This document shows positions 51,901 through 64,000 of a stretch of DNA of 64,000 nucleotides, one piece after another. The position numbers were made by a program, and so were the translations under genes. The notes beneath the pieces were generated by a model. It did not search any database. It had not been told where the DNA came from and was given only the letters and a program-made list of their open reading frames with translations. The stretch covers positions 39,928,001 to 39,992,000 of the forward strand of contig CM060734.1 of the NCBI GenBank assembly GCA_030704615.1, written 5' to 3'. Every line of letters begins with the position of its first letter. Position 1 is the first letter of the stretch. This DNA is from Takakia lepidozioides. Its lineage: Eukaryota > Plantae > Bryophyta.

Positions 51901-52420
51901 TCATTCAACAACCCAAACTGTCACCTGTCGTAGATAATGCCATTTGAAGATCATCATCTACTCGACATCACATGTGTTTCATGCCTACTTATTAGACCAT
52001 CCAGGGCGAGCTGGTCAGGACTATCTGATCCTGCGGAGAAAACTCAACTCAATCCAAAATTCTTCAGTCAACAACCCAAACTGTCACCTGTCGTAGATAA
52101 TGCCATTTGAAGATCATCATCTACTCGACATCACATGTGTTTCATGCCTACTTATTAGACTTTCCAGGGCGAGCTGGTCAGGACTATCTGATCCTGCGGA
52201 GAAAACTCAACTCAATCCAAAATTCTTCATTCAACAACCCAAACTGTCACCTCTCGAAGATCGAGTTGATAAACTTTACAACTCGATTACTCCATTAATA
52301 AACCCAGACCGATTCACTCTTTCCCGAATCCCAGCTACATTCCAGTAAAGACACAATCCAGACATAACTTTTGCTCACGAGTTCCTGCTCTCTAACAGCC
52401 TGCCAGGTAGATGTACAACC
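49000..52420 (-). pseudogene. Unidentified decayed coding region
   Basis: Long protein-like minus-strand frames broken by isolated stops (e.g. IWSHDHIKRIFRAENSSRTLFIPLHTYLNLRDWN), with splice-signal-bearing repeats and a GC-rich island upstream. Confidence 0.35.
51761..52249. repeat. Tandem repeat, 163-bp unit x3, near-identical
   Basis: CCTGTCGTAGATAATGCC... occurs at 51761, 51924 and 52087. Confidence 0.97.
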
Positions 52421-52789
52421 TGTTCCGGAAACCTCATAGCTTCTAGCTCCAACGAAGCACACAGGGATTCGGATAGAAATGAACTCGAGCCGTCACAAGC
52501 CAACAGAACAGCGTTGGATCGAAGACGGCGGAGACGGCGGACTGAGATCCGACCTTCTCGCCACTACCACGGGCCCGGGCCCGCCCGGACGACCCGGGCG
52601 TGGGACCCGGAGCTGCCTCGTGGGACGGTTGAAGGGCGGCACTTGTCGGCTCTTATTCCCACCCCCTATACCCGCACACCTACAACCGTGGTAACCCTCG
52701 GGTTCCAACCCCAGTTAAAACGCCCACCACGATTCGAGCGGGGCGTCATCCCCAACTATGCCAAGCGGCGCGCAGGCAGTAATGAAGGG

Positions 52790-53190
52790 GTCACGTGGCG
52801 TGGCGCTAGAGGTTTACTTTTTGGACGGTGAGTGGGTGTCACGTGGGCCCAGCGCGCCGACGTGGCCGGCTGGAATCGCCATCTTCCATTTTGGTCAGTG
52901 CCCATCGCCAAATCGCTAACTATATATACATATTTGTTTTTATTTTTATTTTAATATTACTAAATAATCTACGAGGCGGACTTCTATTCCGTTACGTAAG
53001 TATTCAGATTTCCAAATAAGGTTAAACAGGGCACTGCCCGCCCCTTTTCTTTTAAATTATATTGAATTAAACTAAATTATAATTGTATTAGAATTACATT
53101 GAATGCAAATTTAATTCTTGTCGGAATACGGAAAGCTGGCTGGAAAGTCGGTGTACGCTCCCGCCCATACCAGAGGGTGCCACGTGTACA
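52790..53190 (+). promoter_or_regulatory. ABRE/G-box cluster upstream of TIP
   Basis: CACGTGGC (~52792), CACGTGGG (~52840), GACGTGGC (~52859) and CACGTGTA (~53181). Confidence 0.5.
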
Positions 53191-53382
53191 GGCAGCATGG
53201 ATGCCCATGGGGCAGCAGCATTCAAGTTGAGCATTTCAAATCCTTACTTGATCCTCCACACTGGGCCTGTCTGATCGATCCTCTCTCTCTCTCTCTCTCT
53301 CGCTCTCTCTCGTCTGTCGTCGAGCTCTAAGAGTGCGTTTGGAAGAGCTCGACTTGCTTAGTTGTGAGCACAGAAGGTGACC

Positions 53383-54141
53383 ATGGTGAAGGTGGCTTTT
53401 GGACAAGGGGAGGAGGCCTCGTCTCCCGACACACTGAAGGCAGCCTTGGCAGAATTCATTACCCTGTTCCTCTTCACCTTCGTCGGTGTGGGTGCCTGCA
53501 TGTCGTATGAGAAGGTGCACCCGGAAGGAGGGACTGACGCTGCTGGTCTGCTGGTTATTGCGATAGCCCATGGGTTGGCCATTGTTGTGTTGGTCGCAGC
53601 TACTGCGAACATCTCAGGAGGACATGTCAACCCGGCAGTCACATTTGGGCTCGCATTGGCGGGGCAGATCACCGTGATGAGGATGGTTGTTTATTGGATT
53701 GCTCAGCTTCTGGGCGCAGTTGCAGCAGCTTTTGTGCTCAAGTTTGTGACCACTGGAGAGGCGGTTGCTGTTCACAACCTGGGAGAGGGCGAGACTGTGT
53801 TGGGGGGTCTAGTGATCGAGATCATTCTCACCTTTGCTTTGGTGTTTGTTGTGTTTGCGACGGCTGTGGACCCCAAAAAGGGAAGCATTGGGGTGATTGC
53901 GCCATTGGCCATCGGGTTTACAGTGCTAGCCAACATCTTTGTCGGTGCTCCCTTCAGTGGCGCGTCCATGAACCCCGCTCGCTCCTTCGGACCTGCCTTG
54001 GCGACGTTCGACTTCACTAACCATTGGATCTACTGGGTCGGCCCCCTCATTGGTGCGGCTATCGCAGCCCTGGTGTACGATGGAGTGTTCTTGAGCCCAC
54101 CCCCTCCCCATGGTCACCAGCCAATCTCAGAGGCCTTCTGA
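53383..54141 (+). CDS. TIP: Tonoplast intrinsic protein aquaporin (moss TIP6-like), intronless
   Basis: AEF, SGGHVNPAVT, GASMNPARSFGP and HWIYWVGP motifs; six hydrophobic helices. Confidence 0.96.
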   Translation: MVKVAFGQGEEASSPDTLKAALAEFITLFLFTFVGVGACMSYEKVHPEGGTDAAGLLVIAIAHGLAIVVLVAATANISGGHVNPAVTFGLALAGQITVMRMVVYWIAQLLGAVAAAFVLKFVTTGEAVAVHNLGEGETVLGGLVIEIILTFALVFVVFATAVDPKKGSIGVIAPLAIGFTVLANIFVGAPFSGASMNPARSFGPALATFDFTNHWIYWVGPLIGAAIAALVYDGVFLSPPPPHGHQPISEAF

Positions 54142-57100
54142 GGAATCAATTTGTTTGATCTTCTTGCTCATCAAACGCGAATTCAATGCCGTGAAGTTGA
54201 AGTTCGGGGTGACACTGCGTCAAAAAGACTGAATTCGAACTGTACTTTTTTTGGTGCCTGCAACAATGCGAATTATGGAAAAGCTGTACCCATTGTGTTT
54301 CTATTGTATAAGGGCACTAGTGTAGAGTGAAAAGTTGCATGTGGATAGATGTTTCATGGTATGTCCATGGAACTTTACTCTTCAATCAAGGTAGTTGAGT
54401 GTCCCCTTCGTCCACCGTGCCTGGTGCAGTGTCTTGTTTGTGTTATTATATAAGTCGCTCTCGCAAAAATTTATAAAAATGTTGGGCAAGAAAAGATCGC
54501 GGTCATATTTTGGGCTGGAGTTGAGAGTGTAATTTCCGGACGAACTCTTCGCTCTGCAGATGAGCGTCCTGGAGGTGAACCTCTTCCAGATGTGTACATC
54601 TTGCATTCATGAATAAAAGTTCTGAGTTTCATCAAAACTGTCTCTGGTTTCTTCCTTGCTCCTTTGCATGTAACATTGGGAAATTATGGCAGCTCTAGCT
54701 CTTGTTTCTGAATCGAGTGCTAGCGTCATTTCAACTGGAACATAGCCTGCAAGAAATTTAAGACTTCACTTTTTGTTACCTAATTGACTTTAAGATACAT
54801 ACATGCTCACAGGTATGCACAACGCAGATCATTCAATTTCACTTTAAGCCAGTTGGTAAACTGGATCTAGTCTAGCAGCTCTGCTTCTTGTCTCCAGGGA
54901 ACGCTGTTAGCTGAATCACTATCATGAATTCATCATGAAATGCAGCTCACGCTGGAGGTAAACTCTTTTTTCCTTGTATTTTATCGGTGATCATGAATGC
55001 CTAAAGTTCTCAACTAATTACCACTGTGGTAGTTCGTATTTATTTGTAAGAAATCCTGCAAATAAATATCTTGTCTTCTTGACATAAGAGACTTTGTTAT
55101 CTCTCTCTCTCTGGGAAGCTTTTATTCCTTAGCTACCATAGTGCTACCATCTGAGTGTTCCTTATTTTTCCAGTTAAAATATAACCAAACACCCAACAGG
55201 CAGCTCAGCTTAAGGCTACATACTTCAAAATGCAGAGCTTCACGGTGGTGAAGTATGTATTGTACATAGTTGATCAGACATGACGTGAAACTTCAAGCAG
55301 AGCCTTGCAGTTGACCCCATCCATCGACTTGTCCCAGTTACAATAGACAAAACCATGTTTGAGCAAATCCTTTTTAGAATATGGTTTTATGGAAATGATA
55401 ATTAGAACTTAGAAATTTGCCAACTGTCGTGAGAAAATTTAGCTCCGCGGTCTTAAGCAGCCTGGGGCCTGGGAGGAGCTTATTAAGGTAGAAACACCCA
55501 AATATGAGCAGGTCTCAAAATGGACCCCTATTTTTGGGGTGTAAAGTGGTCCCGCCTGCCCTTAAATGGCGACCTTACTGCCAACGGGCTGATTTAGGTT
55601 TCTTCAGGGGCATTGTGGGCCCCATGGTGCTTTGTTAGATGAACAAAAACGTACTGAATACTGTGATCAGGGTATTTGCCAAATGGAGGCCTTTTATAGG
55701 ATACCTTTTGCTCTTGTGGGCCGAGCTGTTGGGTGAGTTATTGGGCCATTTCAAGTGCACATCTCGTGCATATCAGGTCACATGTAGGCTTCATATTAGA
55801 TAATATTTCAGTGAGTTATGGTACCCTCTATAGCTCACACTCATAGCATTTTTGTGCCCTGCCACTTTGATAATATATATCAATTAGCCACTTCGTCCAA
55901 AATTCATGCAATTCAAACCACAAGCTGTTTGTTCAATTGCTCATCCAGTCATATAATTTTTCCCCTTACTACACCAATTGTACGGGCATATCCGCTTAAG
56001 CGCTCACATTTGGGTGTAACTACCTTAGTCACTCATACAAGTTTCGTTGATCCGAAACTATCCGGTGCAGGAGGCTACAGACGTACAGACCTTATTAGGT
56101 AGTTTGTTGCTTGATGGTTATTTTGCTGGAGGAATTAATCATCTGGCAGCCAACGCTCAAAAGGACTTGGCCAGGGGATATTTAGACTGGTGCACACCTT
56201 TAAAGTTAGTGCCTAGCTGTAAACTGCATGAAGTGAAGTGTGTCCTGGCATCGGTATCTGAGTTGTTAGCTAGCGTGACTTTTAAGTTGTTGAGATTTTG
56301 TACAAAAGTAGCACGTTGTCACATCTTCAAGCGAAGCTTGGTTAGTCAGAGGCACAGCCTCGACTGCAAAGGATTAACAACGAACTAAAGTGACTGCCTA
56401 AATCTCACTGAAATATCTCAAACGCACTAAAATGTTAATGCATGTGACGAGTGACAACCATGATAAAAATTGCAGTACAAGTGAAGGTGGGCCACTATAT
56501 CACGTGGGGACCAAAAGCAGACATGAAGATGAGTCAAGGGTGAGTCGGATTTCAAATATTCTTATCAGTTTCTCCCGTTAGTTTTTGATGCGTGGCATGG
56601 GAGGGCCATGGGTCAGGGGGTCCAGACCGAACCCCTTCAGGATTCCGGGTACATCCATTTACATTGATAGACAGCTTGCAGATGCCACACCGATACATCT
56701 AAGTTAACATTGCCCCACTATCGTCCTGAGGCCATCTGTAATAGCAGGCTGGAAACTTGAGGATTTCACTACCCTTCACAGGCCGATTTCCAGTCCTTCT
56801 AGCCGGCAATTATCTTTCAAACTGAGAAATCCTAGGCATAAGAAGGGGCAATTCTTTCAAATCTGAAGTGCGAGTATAACCCTTCAGGCCTAGCCTGTAT
56901 ACTTATAACTGCTCAACACCCACCAGGCTGCGCCTGTTGGAAATCACCGATTTCCATGCTTGAGTGCCCACTGTAGTTATTGCGTTACCATTAAGACTGC
57001 ATTTAGCAGTACGTACAAGACTCCAGCAACGCTTGTGATGAAGCCGCGCGGCCATCGTTTCCAGCACCACTCGACACTCTCGAAGGCCATCACCACTTCA

Positions 57101-57362
57101 CAGTAAGCATCCAGTTTTTAAATAACCAAAATATTAACGGTCAACTCCATTGCAATTCGAACGGTTGGCATCACAGATTCCCTCGCCGAGTTTAAAATAT
57201 GAAATGTCAAATATTGACAAGGCTAGGGATGTCATCCATTCCCACTGTGGGCCCGTCCGGTCGGATGAGTTTCATTGGCTTTTCAGAACCGACCAACCCC
57301 CCCCCCCACCCCCCGCAGTGTACCTGGACCACTTTCCGGTACCGTCCGTCCGTCCGTTCTCC

Positions 57363-57439
57363 CGTCAGTGGCCTGACGTGGACGGTCTGTCGCGAGCGAC
57401 GCCAAGTAAAACCGTCCACGGGCTGCGGGTCCACTGACG
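57363..57439. other. GC-rich imperfect hairpin inside a CpG-rich island (57240-57620)
   Basis: Nested inverted repeats CGTCAGTGG/CCACTGACG and CGTGGACGGT/ACCGTCCACG. Confidence 0.55.
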
Positions 57440-60404
57440 TCCGACAGTTTTCTAACAGAAGAGGACGTGGCCCCGCAATCCGTGTTTCAGCGAACGGAAG
57501 ATATACGCAGCTTTCCGTCATACCAGATCTTTTCTGGCCGTCTTCCGGACGGATTCTCACGTTTCCGCCAGTTGGCCCTGACGGGTTCAGGTCGCTGTCG
57601 CTGCACTGTGACCTACCACTCTTGTCCTCAACACTGCGACTGATAACCACATAATTACTGTCCCACCACCTTTTTTCTTTTTGTTTTTTTTAGTTTTTGC
57701 CCACTACCTTTTAATTTCTATTTATAACCTGAATTTTGAGAAAAAATAATTATCCAAAACAACATTATCCGTAGGGTCAGGGTATGACTCATTATTTTCA
57801 AATAGAAAGGTTTTTTTTTTTTAAAAGAGGTAAATGTGGGTATATCCGGGTAAATCGTAAATAGTATACCCGCTCATTGCTCAACACTGGTAGTCAGCTC
57901 AACTCCACTGACATTGTAGTGTATAAGCATTGCTGCTGCACTCATAAGAGAAGAGAAGAAAGTGGAGAGGAGAGAAGAGAAGAGAAGCTTCAAATTGATA
58001 GAGCTTCAAATTCGGAAATGCATGAAGAGCACCCAGGCACAGGCTTGCATGCTGGGTAGGCGTTTGCTGTTGAATGGACAAAAAAGCTTGAAAATTCTGG
58101 TGTGACAAGTTGGCACCACAATCCACTGCAGTAGCACCCACACCGCTGATGCTCTGTCGCTCTCTTGATGTCAACCACTTTTGTTCATCTTGTTGTTCAT
58201 GGCAACCATGTATTGCACGGTTCTCACCAAGACTGTTGCAGGGGGTTGGGAACTTGTTTGAGTCTACAAGTCTTCTGTCGTTGGTGCTGGGCAGAAGCTG
58301 CACTTATGCAGTGGCATCACCTCTTTGTCAGGTTGAACATCGACTACCAGATTATAAACCAGTTTCATCACATGTGACTCCTACTTTTATCTTCTTGGGG
58401 TTGCCAAAGCTGGGAGCCGTATTATTCGGTTGGCTGTGATAAGGATGCTTGTTGGATTATAGTAAATGGCTTGTTTCAAGGATGGCAGCTAAGAACAGGG
58501 TGTCTACTGCTGCGAGCACGAAGGGGGGCATTATTAGACTTTTGGCCATCGTTGCCATCCTAATCATGCCACTTGTACCTCCTCTCCTCTCTCCAACGGT
58601 CCCCTTGCCAGAATTGCCTGTTCTCGCACCCATCTCAACCATTTCGGAAGCCATGGCGCTTGTGTGCCATTTGGGCATTCGTCTCCGGGCCATAATCCCA
58701 GCAGCTATCCTCATTTTTGTTGACCGTGTGAGATAGCAATTTGTCACTCTTTAGGATTTAGCTGAAAATGGCTATGCAGAACTGTGTGGTGGCAAAACAT
58801 ATGCATAACTCTCATCTTGGTCTGGCTGTTCTTGCAGGTACTCATTTGCTCCTCCTCACAGGGGCTTGCTTGAAATTTATATGTAACCAGACTCTTTGTT
58901 TGATAAGCCGACTCTATCTTTGCCACAATGTTTTAATGACTACTCCTACATGATTCAGAAAGGTTGAAACTTCAAAGGAAGTACAAATGAGCATGTAACT
59001 GTGGCACTTAAGTATCTACAATTCTTCTCCCCGGATTGCCATGGATGGTGGCATCAACGATGCTGTCTTTGAGCCATACGTGTGACCTTGCTACTACATC
59101 CAAGTCTATATGCATCAGGTGTGTCCTGCCTCCCTTTCCCCCCTCAAAAGTTTAGACCAGTCTTCAAAGACGCTGGGGGTATGTCTTTTCCACATATTGC
59201 TCCAGAAAACAGGCATAAATGGATAAACCATGTTCATCACAAAACAAATACACAATCTTGAAGGCTGTTGAAAGATTACCTGAGTCATTGGGGACCTCAT
59301 GGTCCATGTATATCTCTTTAATTTTTCTTCTCTTTCGTGCTCTCCTTCCCTTGCACTATGCAGGCATTGGAAAGTCTTCTTAAAGAGTGGGGCAGGCTGT
59401 ACTTCCACTCTGTATGTTGTCTGTGCTAAGAGAACACCAAGAGCTATTGTTGAAAGTTGCTGAAGTACTCAATGCTAAAGGGTGAAGAGAAAGCAGAGCG
59501 CAGGAGCATGGAGATGGAAGAGGATTGAATATTATGGAGAAGGTAATGAGAGGTGGGTGTGGTGGCATCGCTGGTGCTGCTGTCCTTGATTCTTCTGGTT
59601 CTGATTCTGGTAATTGCATCAATTCATTCGTGGGCTTTCACTTTCATGTTCAATTCTGGGGATTGTTCACTTTGATGAACTATTACATAGTGCTCATTTG
59701 TTTTATGAAGTTTCTCTGGGAGCCATGGCAACCCAGGGAAGCCAACAAAATCCGTTCCAGGCAGGGCCAGCAAATATAGGAACACACCATTGTAGCCCAA
59801 AATGGCAAGAGTGGTCAGCAACACCTCCAGCTCTCTTGTTCTCCAAATGGGCCCTACGGGCTGTAGTGCACCTAATGAACATTCTTGGTGCTCAGTGGTG
59901 ATACCTGTTGGGTACTGACTCTTACACATTCAACTTCACAAGTTTCCCAATTGATCAAAGTGGAAGTTTCAGTTGGTAGCTGTCTGCATCACAATCTGTC
60001 CTAACCTAAGACCAATATTTGTGTGGTTGTTTTCCAAGATGAAGCTGTCTATATGACCATTCGGGGTGGTTCACTTCCTTTCACTACTTGTTCATTGCCC
60101 AGATGGAGTCTGAGTAAAATCACCAACTTAATTACTGCAATTATCTGTTCACTGCTCCTCAGTGCTTACCTTTCTCTGCAGAAACAAAGAAAGAAAGAGG
60201 AAGAAAAAAAAAGACGTGACAAGGAAAGGAGGGAGCCGATAAGATGAACACAACAGTGAGATCGGCCCATGGGCTCAAATGACAACCAATTGGCAATAAG
60301 AGCTTTTTGTATCGAGGCAAGTGATTACATCTCAAGAATTGTCTGTGCATTAACTTCAGTGGTCTTATCTAGAGTTTAGCTTGTTGAAGAACCACACTGC
60401 TTAG

Positions 60405-63258
60405 TCATACCGGAAGGAACCAAGGTGTAGCTCCTGCTGGAATTTCGACATTATACTTAACTAGATCTCTATCAAGTTGAATGAGCTCCAACCATTGGCC
60501 ACTGGGATCTTCGAAGGTATTGCACCCATCCACACAGACACATGTATCCACATTCACCTCATCTATAGAACTGCCATCTAAGCAAACAGTGGTGTTTCCT
60601 ATTTTTGTGGAGATCTGTAACTTGGCGTTGGATACTGTCTGCCACTCCGTACAATTCCCTGTTTTGCTCAATTGGACCTGCACATTTAGACCCTCCTCTT
60701 CCTGGACAGCATTCACACAGTAAGAGCCAGAGGCTTCAACTTGAATATGACCTTGTGAATCCCATGTCCATTCACTTGCAGCCATGCAGGATGTAAGGCC
60801 CAGCCCCGTAGAACTGTTGTGTGAGTTACTCATACATAGACCCGTTGCAGGGTGGAAGAACACTGTCCCACTAGCTCCCACACCAGGACCTGCATTCAAA
60901 GTCCAATCTCGTATTACACATGGGAGAGTTGAGATATCATTCCAACTGGCCAACACCTGCTTGAGGAAAAGTCTAGGCAGAACCTATATAACCGCAAAAA
61001 TCGAAACCATAGCCTATAATGCTCCTTGCTACAGATTGTATTGTGCAAGATAGCTGTTGGCACTGGATGGGCCTATAGACCAATTGACTGACATGATGCA
61101 AACAAAGAATTCTACTTAGGTCTCTAAATCTTGCAAGAAAACATTGCAGGTGGTCTGATTATTCCCAAGTAAACCTAGACACTACTCAATCATAGAGCAA
61201 GTGACATGCCTTGGAAAGCTGGCTGCAGAGCTTGCAATCGTGCGAGAAACTCAGGATTTCGGACTCCATTCCAGTCAAATGTGAGCACTGCATAGGTCTC
61301 CTCAAAATCTTCTTGAGAGTTTCTGTAGTAATAGCTTCCTTGGAGCGCCCACAAAGCCCAGTCCAGATCATTCTGTGCGAAGTACGCAAATGCGCAGTTC
61401 ATGAATCTTGTGCCTTCAGCTGTCGTGGCTGCAATCAACGTGCAGCTTACCAGTCAACTCCAATACTGCAAAGCTTAATTTAGGGACTAGAATGATGGCA
61501 TCGTTTACATCGCTTTAGAGCTATAATGGGCTGCTTTTGTGGTTCAACCACTGAGCAAAATTTACTCAAGCCTGGGCTACCTATATTTTTGGCTGGCCAA
61601 AGGATCTCAAGGGCTCACTCTACCGCAGTGCCTGCGCACATTTGGCCGCAGTGCCAAACTCATAAACCCAGGGACTTGATATGCGCGAGGGGAAAGGTCA
61701 ACTGATTTATAGAAGCCCCACATATCAAACAAGACCTTGCCTCCTTACTGAGCAGTTACATGTAATCAAATGCTTCTAATGATTGTCCAAGTCCCAGCCA
61801 TTCTATTTCTTCGACTCCGCTTTCACGAAAACAAGCATGTCGCTATCAGACCCAAAAGAAATATTCAATGCATACCATTTTGTCAATCATTGTCACAAAC
61901 CAGACACAGTTAGGGAAGTTATCAGTTAGTAGGTGGATCTGGAAGCTGAATCTTAAATGGGGAGCTGTCCATCTTTAATACATCCGCTTCTCTCTCTTCG
62001 TTATCTGGATTTTGGACTGCACAAAGGGAATTTATATTGACAGCTCGCCATGTCAGAAACAGAGGATATTATGAGTTTTAGAATTTTGCCTTTAGTAGGT
62101 GCGTTGTTGATTCATGAACTTGGCTGGGGTGTAGGTCATCTAAAGAAGAGAGCTCCAAGAGTGTGGAGTGCCAAGATCTTCATCCTACACAATGCACTAG
62201 ACACTTGGCACAACGGATCACCCATTGATTGACTCGTAAATCATGGGGATCAGTCAAAGAGGAGCACCTGTTTCATCCATTCCAAATTCAGACACGATAA
62301 GAGGTCCAGTGAAGCTTTGATTCTCCTCAATGAGAAAACGTGTGTGGCTGTCCACCCTATTCATGTCAAATGCACACACATTGTCCAAGTCGCTATTGGA
62401 ATACGGTTCACTGGTGGTCCAAGCGTACCAGTGCATTTCGTACACTAGTTTGTGTGTCATGGTTAAATTCAACTGCTTTGAGCGGATGAAGCTGAGGTCT
62501 ATAGTATAGTGAGTGCCACCAACAACCACCAATACATTTGGGTTGGCAGCATGCACAGCATCAGCTCCCTCCTCTTCGTACTTGTACCAGTCGTCTATGT
62601 TCGGGTTTTGCCCTCGCAGCTCGTTCCGGAGGCTCATAGCCACAACATTCGGAGTATCCTTGAAAGTGCTTGCCACAATAGTCAGCCCATCCTTCCACGT
62701 CTCGACATCAAAATACTCATCTCCCCACCAACCATTCCCATCATCCTCACCGCAGCACCACTGGGGCTTGCTCACATGATTGTCCAATAAAACCATCACA
62801 TCATGTTCGCCCAAGGTTCGGACTACACTCTTGTATGCTTGTCTAACGGTGACATCTGCGAGCTCTGGGTTGTGAAGGGCAACACCATCAGCTGAGGCCA
62901 TAAGACCTAGAGAATGAAGAGACTCAGTTACAGTCTGCAATCCCAAGCTGTCATTAGTCCACATCCAAGTAGCCCATGTAAGCCTTACGCAGTTGAATCC
63001 TAAGGAGGCAATTGTCTCTGCGATGGTGCTCGCCGGCTTCTTGTTGAGACCCTCGGGAAGCATGGCTTCCGTATGGCCCGCCCAATTTACACATGCCAGC
63101 TTCACTCGATTTCCACTCTGGTCAACAATCCACCTAGACTTCGCCGATAAAGGCAAGACAGGACCTGCTTGAATGCTATGCAGGATGCTGACGGACACCA
63201 ATACTAAGACGCAAAACGTCTGTGCATACAAGAATTGGTCGAGCTTCAACATCCTCAT
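60405..63258 (-). CDS. Secreted glycoside hydrolase family 5 protein with a C-terminal ricin-B-like domain; exons 63258-62268, 61428-61210, 60889-60405 (~564 aa)
   Basis: Signal peptide, RVKLACVNW, GFNCVRLTW, catalytic NELRG and VSEFG, WALWALQGSYY, and a Cys/Trp-rich tail. TATATAA lies at about 63372-63378 on the minus strand. Confidence 0.93.
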
Positions 63259-64000
63259 GATCGCAGGGCTGGTTGCCTTGGCGCTGAGACTCCTACAATT
63301 GTAATGCACACGACAAATCAAACAAGCGACAGGAAACTCGTGCGTGACGGCTGTATGTAGCACCGGCCCCTTATATAGCAGCCGGTACTACCCAGCAAAG
63401 AAAATTTGAATCGCAGCCATGCTTTGGCAGCAAGCTTGCAGCGTCTCTCTCAGGTGGGCCTGGCTGCCTTGACGCAAGCCTGCCGGGGGGCTGCCATGTG
63501 CGCACATTCTACAGGCTTCGAATGCACATCGTACTTCCCAGCCCCGCCTCAAGGGCTTAACGATGACAAGAGCCCACCTGAGCCCGACTCGAGTCGCGAT
63601 CTCAGACCTCCACAACGGTGGATCAGCGACGGGGAGTGTATTGTCCACCACTCCAACACCAACAAAGCTAATTTAAAACACTGCATCCTACACATGCATG
63701 CAAGACTTGCAGGCATGAAATCCATGACTCGCACCATCCCAACGGCTGCTGCCTACTCCGATGTGTGCCCGATTCACCCATGGCCTCGACTTGCCTCCAC
63801 AGAACAGGACCGCCCATGTGCCCTCTTGCTGCCAATCCACTCAAGCCTGTTGTCTTTTCCACTTTACGATCTCGCCTGTACAGGATACATTATATAATAC
63901 TCTGCTCTCTTTGCATGTGGACCTCGTACGTAGTAGTAATAAGATAATCAGGTACTTCGATTACTACCCTCAGTCCAGCCTGACGAAGTCTCTCGAATAT

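Noticed and set aside
51761-52249. CRISPR-like array (also considered at 25523-25772 and 3103-4098)
   Set aside because: The units are long and contiguous with no unique spacers, or are snoRNAs. There are no cas genes and the DNA is eukaryotic.
57900-59900. Short ORFs between TIP and GH5
   Set aside because: No recognisable domains or coherent exon chain.

Overview
Nuclear DNA of a non-seed land plant, probably a moss (TIP6-type aquaporin, PG-type DYW-PPR relic, HCT with an Asn/Gly-rich loop). It is not prokaryotic, and most short six-frame ORFs are noise. Seven protein genes could be reconstructed by hand: MMS21/NSE2 SUMO ligase (runs off the window start); a head-to-head mitochondrial-type ribosome recycling factor hosting three dual-guide box C/D snoRNAs and a DYW-PPR relic; a 2OG-Fe(II) dioxygenase; HCT; a Rubisco-LSMT-like SET-domain gene whose introns hold a nest of RTE/RTEX-like LINEs and a DUF2921 relic; an intronless TIP aquaporin; and a GH5 glycosidase with a ricin-like domain. 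A separate telo-box/TATA-driven snoRNA cluster lies at about 45.4-46.1 kb, and an unidentified decayed coding region lies at about 49-52.4 kb. The most notable candidate is a pair of ARID-domain exons downstream of the dioxygenase, which a 6-nt microexon would join to it in frame, giving a 2OG-dioxygenase-ARID protein. All family assignments come from recalled motifs; no database search was run.
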